A DNA stretch of 53,347 nt, the filler included, from Piptocephalis cylindrospora (lineage: Eukaryota): assembly GCA_003614145.1 (NCBI GenBank). It is 2 parts of 2 records of this genome, joined end to end, with 100 filler letters (N's around TTAATTAATTAA, not from the genome) between each part and the next. Parts side by side here need not be neighbours in the genome. Positions count along the whole stretch, not along the records: positions 1 to 26,684 come from KZ987772.1; 1 more part is not named here. The stretch is one strand, 5' to 3'. This document shows positions 11,984 to 21,997 of the stretch, in pieces. The position numbers and the translations under genes were made by a program. The first letter of the stretch is position 1, and the number at the start of each line of letters is the position of its first letter. The notes below the pieces were generated by a model. It saw only the letters and a program-made list of their open reading frames with translations, made no database searches and was not told the origin of the DNA.

Positions 11984-13592
11984 TCATTTGCCTTCATCTT
12001 CATCATCTTCTATGGTGTGGCCATACTTGGTTTGCATAATTCGTTCAATGGCCTGCCATTCCCGCCGTTCCTTGCGCTTCCCATCTTCCTTGTGTTTCCC
12101 ATCCTCCTTGCCCTTCTTCTTTGACTCCTCCTTTTCCTGAGATTTTCCCGGTAGATGTGAGGAACCAAGATGGAAAGGATCTTCCTCGGCAAATGGTGAT
12201 GTAATGTTGGAGGGGGGCTTCCCCATGCCCATCCCTTCCCCTTCCGTCTCAACATCTTGTAAGAACTGTTCCAACAATGATCCGCTTTCTTCTTCGGCGG
12301 CCTCAGAGGATGTACGAGGAGTAGCTGCTACAGGAGTGGGCTTTAATTTTTCCATGGAGGTGCTGGATGGCATCTCCTCTCCAGGCTCTTTTTCCCGGTA
12401 ATCCATTGGGTCGTAATCCCGGCCGGCATCCTCAAAGATGTCTTCCCCTTCTTCATCCTCGAGGCCCTGGTCCCGAAGTTTTTGGAGTTCCCGGTCACGG
12501 ACATCCTTGGCCTCCTCCTCCTCCCGGATCCGTCTTCGCTCCAAGGCTCGCTCTCCCTTTCGTATGCTCCTCCATAGAAGGGATAGGCCATTCTTAAGCC
12601 CTTCCTCCTCCTGGAGTCTCTTCCTGCGCTCTCGTTCCTTTCGTTCCTTCCGCTCTCCCTCCTCCTCCTGACCCCAGGATACTGGGTCCACTGGGCCTCC
12701 TCCATGAGCAATAGATCGTACAAGGGTGGTGGGTTTGGACCATGGATCTCGTTGAAACTCTTCGCTGTCCATCACATAAACGGACCGTGGGAGGGTGGCA
12801 AGGGTGCGTTGGCGGGTCTTCCTAGCCTCGGAGCTCTCCTCCTCTGGCCCTCTGACCTCGCCCAACTCGGCCGCTTCGCGGAGCATGATCTCTTCGTAGA
12901 GTCGATGAGTGGATGTTTGACGAAAGGATGATGCTCTGGGTTTCCAGTTTCCTCGACTAACATCTTCACTCATCCATGGTTGGTCCATGATGTCATCTTC
13001 ATCAGAAAAAGAGACCTGCTCATCATCTTCAGCTTTTGGTGAAAGTTTCGGAAGTGACATGGGCATTGAAGAGCCTTGTAACTTTTCCATGACTTCGACC
13101 ATGATGGACTCCTCATCCACCCTCCCCAGCCTCCTTTCCTTGGCACGGTCCCTATACTGTCCTGTCTTTGTCGCACTAAAGGAGGGGGGATAGGTTTATA
13201 AGGAACGAACTGATGAAGGGTCGATGCAGGTCAGTTTGCAGCACTTACTTGAACGTTTTTGCTTCGCGGTCATGAATGGACATACTAGTAGCAGATTCTC
13301 CAGGCTCCTTCTTCACCTTTTTGACCCCCTCCACCTCTGTGCTAGAAGAGAGTTGTCTATGAAGGAGATAAGAAGATGAGCTGAATAAGCGAGGGGATCC
13401 TCCTCAAGGGAGATCATCTAACCTTTTTGGTCTGGCTCCTAGAACTCGGTGACTGTCTCTCGCTTCCCCATCCTCCCCTTGCCGAGATGGTCTGGGGGTG
13501 GCAAGCAGCTTACGAAAATCGTCTTGTTCCAACCTATAGAATGGCATGTTGAGTCGAGGCGGGGAAGGAGGATGCGTCCAAACAACTTACAT
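11984..13592 (-). CDS. RED/IK (Smu2) spliceosomal B-complex protein, 3-4 exons
   Basis: Motifs QDDFRKLLATPR, YRDRAKERR, KPTTLVRS, DIFEDAGRDY and C-terminal REWQAIERIM. Introns 13422-13357, one more near 13248-13177, and possibly 13590-13534 (alternative ATG at 13547). Confidence 0.85.
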
Positions 13593-14252
13593 GGATGAAT
13601 GGCTAGATGATGAGGAAGATTAGTTGTGCTAAAGCAAGGTAGATCGACGTGGTCCAATCTGAATTCAAACTGCATTTTATAGCCATCACGATGCTGACTT
13701 GACCTGTCCTAACGGTTTCATACATGACCACATGAAATTGTATTCAAACTAAAGTGTACGGTGTGTGTGTGGAGGTATGCGGGTGAGTGCGCATGAAGGA
13801 TACACCATCATGTCTAAATGTATGTTGGCCAAGCCATAAAAGGAAGGGAAACAGATAGAGATAAAGCTATGATTAATACGTGCTTATTCATTCACCCTGT
13901 ATATCCTGCAACAAGAAAGAGAAAGGTACGCCTTACACACCACCCCAGGTTCTACTCCAGGAAGGCTGGAAAGAGATAGGGCATGGCGGAGTGTCCATGG
14001 AGCGATGAGGATATGGGTAGGAGCGAGAGGAAAGAGGGATGATAAGAGGATGGCCTTGTACCATCAAAGACATCCACACTCCAACACCTTCTTCTGATCA
14101 AAGGCAGGAGCCCTGAGAGAGACGCGGCGAGGAGAGGATGCATGTAAGAGACAAGACGGCCCCTTCACACTCCCTCTAGCTGATCCTACGCCCATCTCGC
14201 AATCTCATCTCCATAGAAAGGGAACATTGACCCATCCAAAATCTATCCGTTC

Positions 14253-16277
14253 TTAATAATACCCGTCATCTCCACCATATTTCCTACCTCCTCCAGCGGG
14301 CCGACCCGGAGCCTGGGGATACTGACCGACTTGAGCCGGGTTTACACCGGAGGATGGGGGAGCTGGGCTAGTCCCACGAACCGGGGCATAGGGAGAGGCG
14401 GCGAGGGGAGGGGCGTAAGTGGGGGCCTCGGTGGGTTCCACATATCTTTCCTCGCCAGTTTCCATGGGAGCGGCAAATCTCCCGTTTCCCCGACCACTGT
14501 ACCCACTCCCTATGCTATGGGAGGGGGAAGCGGGACGGGGAGGGGCAAAGGGGCGGTTGGGATATCCTGAGTAATTACTACCGGTCTCGGTGGCAAAGTC
14601 GTTGTAATCCGCGTACCGGTTGGCCGGGAGAACACCGGACGTGTCTACATGGTAATGGGAGGCTTGCTGGGGTGGAGCAATATCGACACCATAAGCAGGA
14701 CCTCCGTGACCCTGATCATACTCTGAGGTCTCATTTCGGTATCCACCCATCTCAGATGGGGCATGGGTCTGACCATATGCCTGACCATCTCCGTTATAGT
14801 CATATCCATGACCGTAGCCCTGAGAATCCGTAGTGGGGGCATAGCCATGACCATAGGCTCCTTGATGATCCAAACCAGGAGCATGGTGTCCTTGAGTGTA
14901 ATCCTGACCCTCTGACCCAGGGCCGTATCCGTAAGCCTGCTGCTGCTGGGGAGTTCTGGGCCTAGCCTGAGGCTGGTAAGGGTGATCTGAAGGACCAAAA
15001 TTACTGCCTAGGTCACTACCATTGTAAACGCTACCCTGATCGGCGGCCATATGAGGATGGCCATACCCAGGGGGATAGGCTTGGCCACCCGCATACCCCG
15101 AAGGGGGAATGGGATCGGGTAGAGCGGGGGTGGGACCCCTCTGAAGCAGGATGGCTCTAGAAGAAGCGGAACCTTGGGTCATGGAGGTACCAACGGACAT
15201 ATTACTCTCTATGCGACGAAGACCACCGGCATTAATGGACTTTTTACTAATAAACTCATCATCCAGAGGATCATTCAAGTAGGAGGGCAATGTGGGTTGA
15301 CGAATAGAGTTCAAGGCAATATCGGGACCATCTTGCTTGCCCATGGCGCCTGAAGCTGTGGCTTTGGCCAATTCCTTTTGCCTGGCCTTTTGTTCCTGTT
15401 GCTCCTTGAGAATGCGCTTCCGGGACTTTTTCCGGATGAGTGCATCAATCCTAAGGGTGAGAGGGAGGTGAGGAAAGGGGGAATATAAGAGGGTCAACTC
15501 TGCCCCGTTTGGGCAGCAGACTTACCTTTTATCGACCTTGTGACAGACGTACTCCTTGAGGTTGCCACGGATCTGACAAAGGAGGGGAAAGTAGAGGATA
15601 AAGGAGACGACGAGACGGACAAAGGAGAAGAGGAAGACAAAGACGGTGAACATCATGAGGTAGAAGGCAATGCTAGGAATGACGGATTGCTGGAAGGTGA
15701 TCATGTTGAGAAACTCGTTTTTGTTCTTGAAGAAGTAGTAAAGACTGAAGGCGTTGATGGTCTGCCTGGGGCCCTCGGCGAGGATGACACGCTTCCAGTT
15801 CTTGAGGGAAAAGAAGATGAAGAAGGCAATGGTGTCGGTGGTTTTCTTGGACTTTTCAATGTGGCAGAAGAAGCAGTAGTGGGCATAGGAGGTAACACAA
15901 TAGGTACGGTAGGCCATGACGTTGGTGAAGGCATAGGCAATGTCGCGGGAGCGAACGATACGACGGGCTTTCCTGGCCTCATAGAGGAGTAGAAGGAAGG
16001 ACATGGCGATACAGGCAACGAAGATCCATCGAGTGATCTCGAAATCGACGGCGGGCTTGACGACGTTCATGGTGGAACTGAAGCGAATGAGGGCAAATGC
16101 GGTGTACAAATCAGCCAAATTGGTGAGGACGGACTTGATGATGAAGAAGTAGGTGAACAAGTGCATAAATCTGCGGAAGCCATTGCCCTTTTCTGCGAAT
16201 TCACCAATATCGACAAAATCAAATTTGTGATCGCGGATGTTCTCCCGCTTCCACTTTGGACCGCTACAACAACCCAT
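14253..16277 (-). CDS. KCH1/PRM6-family fungal potassium transporter with long low-complexity C-tail
   Basis: MGCCSGPKWKRE..DHKFDFVD, IVRSRDIAYAFTN, WKRVILAEGPRQTINA and LKEYVCHKVDKRI. Intron 15525-15451 (GTAAGT...TAG). Confidence 0.88.
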
Positions 16278-18137
16278 GATGGTGAAGGTGAAAGTGTAAG
16301 GGAGGGAGGGAGGGAGGAATAGGAGAGCGCAATTCGACCGGGCACGGGTGTACGAGAGAGGAGAGGTGGAGGAAAAAAGAAGAAAGGAAAGAAGGTGAGG
16401 GGGAGGAACTCAGGCCAAATGTCGTACCGGCGACAAGGTCAAATGGAGTGGGATGGAGGGATCTGAGTGAAGGAGTGTGTGTACGAGAGGGGCGGACACA
16501 CACAAATGAGCTTTAAGGGAGGGGGGAGGGGAAGGAGTAGCTGATGGGTGGAATAGCAATATAAGGAGTATAGGCTGAAATCCAGGGAGAGCGGACCACA
16601 CCGAGTAAATGATAAGGAAGCCAAGTCTAAGGTGTGAGAGGGTAAAGGGGGAAAGAAAAATAGGTGGTGTAAGGGAAGGTGGAAGGATAGGTAGATGGGG
16701 TAATGTAAGCTCAGGAGGGAAAAGGAGAGCAACGGGAAAATGATGTGAAGAAAGGGAGAGACAAGGGGTGGAAGAGAAGGTGGCAGCATCCAGTATTATA
16801 AGTGACTCTTGGTCTATCGATACGGCTGCCGCTGCTGCTACTGCTGCTATCGATGATGACTCACTCTTGTGAGAGCAGGGTGGGGAGGTGGAGGTCACAT
16901 ACCTTGCAGGAGAGAGAGAGAGAGAGTAAAGACAAGCAAGAGGGTACCAGGCTCAAGACTGCTCGACGGGAGATGAAGCAAGGGGAAGGACGTAATTCAA
17001 GGAGATAATATGTCCGAGTAGGGGAGGGTTGAAGGTGAGAGACATTCCCTAAAGCATACGCAGCTTGATCTCTCTCTAAAGAAAACAAGGGTACCATGCT
17101 TGTCCTGCCTTGGCAAGCAGCATATCCATCACTTACGCTGAGAAACCTTCTTGAGGTGTAAGGGATGCCGTACTCTTCAAACGGGAGTTGGAAGCAATGA
17201 ATGAAAAGGATAGTAAGTAAGGCTTGACAGAGCAGGGGAGGAGAGAGAGAGAAAGAGAGATGGGATGGGGTGCGTGGTGGCGGGGAAAAGGACCGGGGAA
17301 ATCTGGAGGTGTGTTTTCAAGGCGCACTACCACTGCATGCCATCTTAACCTCTGAGGATCCGGCCTTTACAACTGAGCTCGCACTTGGTGTCCCTTACCT
17401 TCTCCCTTGATTCGGCGTCCCTGACTGCACCACCACATTTTCCCCTAGGGTTCACTCATCCAGGCCAGAGAGGGAAAGGGGATGGTGATAAGGTCGGAGT
17501 GTCAAGTGGTGGAAAAAGAAAGAGCCCCCTTCCAAGGCTCCACTATGGAATTCTTGGCACTCAAGGCCTGTGTTGGCGGGGTTCTTTGACTGGATCAACT
17601 CCGCCGTCCTCCTCCCACCCACCCTTAGGACAATCTTTGATGTGTGAGTGGAGGAGAAGGAAGAGGCATGCGGAATTAGCCAATCCCATTAGAGTCTGTC
17701 ACACGTTCAGTCGATATGGCCCAATAAAAGGGCTGATGGGGAAAAGGAGGTTAACACATTGGACAAGTCTCATGTCCACGCCGCTTTGCGCAGTCTCTAC
17801 AGCTAAGTATCCTGGCTCCTGCGGAGGAGGGCTTGGCTCCTTGCGGTGGATATGAACGGAGATTTAAAGGAAGTATAGATTATCTCAGTTTTCAATTATA
17901 GATTCTCACAAGAAGAAAATGTCGTAGGAGCGATAGAAATTGAGCCAAGGCAAAGAAAAAGAAGATGGGGCAAGGGGCAACTGCATCATCAAATAGAGTC
18001 ATGCTATCCATGATGGGAAGAGCTCTCGAAAGGTCAACGGTCATTGGAATTCAACACGTATCCCAAAGCTTTGACACGGAGTACTCAGTCTCTCGTTATC
18101 CTCAGTATCGCACGCTCTAAAGGACAAAGTAAGCACA

Positions 18138-19733
18138 TCAGCAGGTAAAGGCGGAGACCGCTTGGGCCTTGGGGCTGATCAGGTTGGCAATGCCCCCGAC
18201 CTTCAAATCAAGAATGTATCGAATGTTCATCTCGATGGGGCGAGTACTGTTACTGGTTCGGGAGGTACCATTCATTCTGGGGCAAGCGGCAGTAAGATGA
18301 CGGAGGGTTTCATCCGAGCTTGAGGATCCAGTGTAATCCATCATAAGGGTAAGGGCAAGATCAGAGGAGGAGGAGCGTCGGTGAAGGGTGTAGTCCTCGA
18401 TGGTCCCGTTCCCAACAGTCTCTCCTGTGGCGTCGTCCAGGGCGGTGACGTCGATGGAGTGGACATTCCAGTCGACATAGTTGTCGCTATGAAAGGTAAA
18501 GGTGGCATTCCAGACACCATGAACATTGTTACGGGTTAGGACAGGACGATTCAGCGGATGGGCACTATCAAACGACACGGTGGGGACACGTGGCCAGACG
18601 AGGAAGAGCCCAACGGCTATACCGGCGAGGAGCAAGATGAGGAAGGTGAAAGAGAGGACGGGACCACAGCAGCAGAAGCACGAGCAACATGCGCAGCAGG
18701 AACAGCAGGAAGGGCATCCACCCGACCCTCCAGCGCCCCTTTGTTCCTCCTCGGCTAGGCGGCGACGGTACTCATGGTAAGAGAGAAGCATTTTCCGGGG
18801 CATGTACCTGCCCCCGTCCCTGCCCTCCTCTGTGCCATCCGGATCAAGGCGCATGTACGAAGCTTCGGAGGGACGAGTGGTATTACTAGGTCGAACCCCC
18901 GAAGGAAAATCCCAGATATCCTGCTGTTTCTCCTTTGCCACTGGAGTACCAGAGGGGGAATTTGAGTGGTAGGGAGGGGCCTGACCCTTCCCAGACCACC
19001 ACTCCCCATCACCGCCACCGCCACCACCACCAGATGAATAGGGTGGGGCTGGGGAGGTGGGGATGGCCGTGACGGGTGAGTAAAGGGTGGATGTGGAGGG
19101 GGATCCATAGGGATTCTGGGCTACATGATCAGTATTTCTCCCGAGATGGACATGAGAGGGCATCGCTGGCTCCGGAAAGGGATAGTACGGAGGTGCACCA
19201 TGGGGACTGGGAGCGGTCATGGCCCTTGGAGGAGCATGAAAAGCCCCTGGAGGAGTAGGATTAAAAGCTCCAGGAGGGTGGTTAGGATTAAAGGGACCAG
19301 AAGGAGGAGGGTTGAAGGTCCCTGGAGGAGTAGTCAGGGTCCTCGGAGCCATGGTGGAAACGGAAGGACCATGGACCGTGGACGGAATGGGTGCCGGTGA
19401 TCGATGAGTGTCGATCATGGGAGGTCTAGTGGCATGAATCATGGGGGAGTCCGTAATAAGAGGCTGGCCAGGAGCGACGGTAGTCGAAGCAAGAGATTGA
19501 GGAGCTGGGGTAGGAGAGACGGAAGGAGAACCCATAGGACTAGGGTGGAATGGTGGGTCCTGGTAATGAATGGTGGCTGAACCAGAGGCCAAAGAGGACC
19601 GGTAGGAGGATGGGACGATACTGGATCTATCCTCCCTCCCCATTACCTCAGAACCCTCCATGTGCTCGGACGCCTCGTACATGGAAGCGTTCTCACAATG
19701 GACCTTTACGGAGGGTTGCGGAACCTGACTCAT
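18138..19733 (-). CDS. Single-pass membrane protein: Pro-rich N-terminus, Cys cluster, TM helix and LEA_2-like C-terminal domain
   Basis: Intronless ORF of about 530 codons with first ATG at 19733. TM segment FLILLLAGIAVGLFLVWPRVP is followed by NATFTFHSDNYVDWNVHSIDV, a LEA_2/NHL-like pattern. Confidence 0.8.
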   Translation of the reverse strand: MSQVPQPSVKVHCENASMYEASEHMEGSEVMGREDRSSIVPSSYRSSLASGSATIHYQDPPFHPSPMGSPSVSPTPAPQSLASTTVAPGQPLITDSPMIHATRPPMIDTHRSPAPIPSTVHGPSVSTMAPRTLTTPPGTFNPPPSGPFNPNHPPGAFNPTPPGAFHAPPRAMTAPSPHGAPPYYPFPEPAMPSHVHLGRNTDHVAQNPYGSPSTSTLYSPVTAIPTSPAPPYSSGGGGGGGDGEWWSGKGQAPPYHSNSPSGTPVAKEKQQDIWDFPSGVRPSNTTRPSEASYMRLDPDGTEEGRDGGRYMPRKMLLSYHEYRRRLAEEEQRGAGGSGGCPSCCSCCACCSCFCCCGPVLSFTFLILLLAGIAVGLFLVWPRVPTVSFDSAHPLNRPVLTRNNVHGVWNATFTFHSDNYVDWNVHSIDVTALDDATGETVGNGTIEDYTLHRRSSSSDLALTLMMDYTGSSSSDETLRHLTAACPRMNGTSRTSNSTRPIEMNIRYILDLKVGGIANLISPKAQAVSAFTC

Positions 19734-20477
19734 TGAAAAAGATACGTGAGGCGCGGGCGGATTAAGGCTCACAAAAGCAGGTAAAATGAATTGACAAGGA
19801 ACGGATAGGCGTGGTGTGGACCGAGAAGAATGGCCTAGTAGAGGAGGATTAAAAATTTACGTACTGGGGACAAGGCGGTATATGGGACGGGTGGGATGGG
19901 ATGAGAGAATAGGAGGGGAGTAGAGGAGGGCTTGACAAGGAGGGATTGTGGCTAAGGAATAATGGTAATTAATTCATAGTACTTCTACTAGGTGGGGCAA
20001 AGGGAAAGGAAAGGGGATGGAATGTAGTGAGAAGGAGCAAATCCAAGAAGTCATCCTGTCACCCTTCTATAAGTACCCTTACTACACCCCTGATGTAGGA
20101 TCGGAGGGCATCGGAGATGAGGAGGAGACGTAGAGTGTGAATTTTCCTCCTCTCTCTACTGTTTGAGGGCGGGGTCGGGGTGTTTGAAAAAGGATCGGGA
20201 TTAGAAAGGTCCTGGGAGTCAAAGAGGTGAGGAGGACGGGTACTCATCGGCAGGAGGCTGGTGGTGTGTGGAGAGTGAGCGAGTGAGCGAGAGTGCTTTC
20301 CAAGGGTAGGAGTCAGGATCTGCCATGCATTTTGGTCGTCCTGTAGAGAATGGGGCGCGCCCTTTCCTCTTGAAGTGTCCCTGGGTTCGATTTCAGTAGC
20401 ATCGTTCCTTTTTCCAGTACAAGTCCCAGTTGGATGATCGGGTAGAGAGGTGATTATTGCATGCCTGACTATTAGCT

Positions 20478-21997
20478 TCATCCGCCCCTCCTCTTCACTT
20501 TCTGTATTCTCGTTCCCACATGCCTGTTAACAAGTATGACAAGATGGTATACAGCGGCAAAAAGAGAGCGATAGCTGGAGGATATCGACTTGTATCTATT
20601 CCAGCTGGCGAAATCTCCAGCACAGAGGCTTAGCATACATGTTTCCACGATGAGTGTCCAGCAATCTAGATTCAATATGTCTGTAGAGCTCGAAGAAAGA
20701 CGAAGATGCCAGGAGCGGCAGAATAGTGGGATATTTGGGATAACACCTAGACCATCCAAGCGGGCTTGGGCTCACGGGGATCACGTAAAGTCACCCAGGG
20801 ACGGACGCTGATGTCGTTCTCTGTAGTTTTTTATAAAATTAGGAATACGCCTTGGATCCAAATCGTAGTGGCTAATGTTGGTCTTGGTCTTGGTCTCGGT
20901 CTTCAGTCATTCAATTTCCACACCAGCCGTTGCAGTGGCGTTGAGAAAGTTAGTCAAGGTGACGCACATCGGCTCGAGCGGCATGACCAGGCCAGGGGGA
21001 TTGGAGTTGTTACACTCAAAAAACCCACTTCCCCCACAGCTAAGAGCAAGCATCCAGACGGGAGTATGAAGTGCTATTGCCTGGCCCTTCCCAATGAAGG
21101 AGTCCAACACACTTTGTGCAACCTTGACTGGTATCACATCAGCTTTGGTCATGGGGGGATGACTTTTAGTAGCATAGGAAACCCCTCCAACGGCATCTAG
21201 AGAGCAAATGGCCGTGATATTGAGAGGTGGAGTAGTCAAGATGTCCTTGATAATTGCGTTCTTCTCCTCCGGATAAGTCAAGGTGCCAGGAGAGGCAGGC
21301 TTTAACTTGGTATACTGAAGGTACCCGATCTCAGAGCTCCCTGGAGGGCAGGGAAAGAATCCTTGGGCTTTGCGGGAACAAGCTTGGGCTCAGCCATTGA
21401 CATAAGGTAATCGAAGTAACTCCTGGATCCATCGGCCAGCCAGGGAAGTCAAGGCCGAATCGTGGCTTCGTGCATCCTTGCAATCAGTATGGGAGCAATG
21501 TTCGCGAGAATCTGGTATCTGGATGTCTTCTTGGTAGTAATGCCCCATTGAACATCCACAGTGACTTCAGCATCTCCTTCTTCTGTGCCGTAGTTCAGGA
21601 TGGCAAGGCATCGTTCCGCTCGATTCATCGGCACCATCGCCTGGCTAGAGCTGGCAATCTTGGCTGAAGCCTTTTCATCCGCACTGACTAGCTGATCTTC
21701 AATGGAAGTGGAGGCAATATCTCACCAAGCGACTGAATCACATGTTCCAATCCCTCGGCCTTCTCCTTTGGGAACACCATGACACGAATGGACTTGGACG
21801 AGGTAACGTTATAGATAGGATACTCCGACGGATGCCGCATTGGAGCACTCCAGGTGGAGACTCTTGTGCTTAACAACGATAGCAGGTTTCCTCAATCCAA
21901 GCTTGGATGATCCCTGGGCCGGAATGTCTTGAGCAGGAGAAGAGAGAACCCCAGCGGCGATGGTCAAGGCAAACAGGGTGTGAGAGGAGAGATGCAT
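20478..21997 (-). pseudogene. Probable pseudogene of a secreted protein (family undetermined)
   Basis: ATG at 21997 with signal peptide MHLSSHTLFALTIAAGVLSSPA. About 1.5 kb of consecutive same-strand coding-like fragments follow, broken by stops and frameshifts, with no convincing introns. The 3' limit is approximate. Confidence 0.55.

Noticed and set aside
20350..20400. GGTTCGATT T-loop-like motif (tRNA?)
   Set aside because: No acceptor, D or anticodon stems can be formed around it.
20478..21997. Alternative genetic code as an explanation for internal stops
   Set aside because: TAA, TAG and TGA all terminate conserved genes in this window, and the broken region also needs frameshifts.
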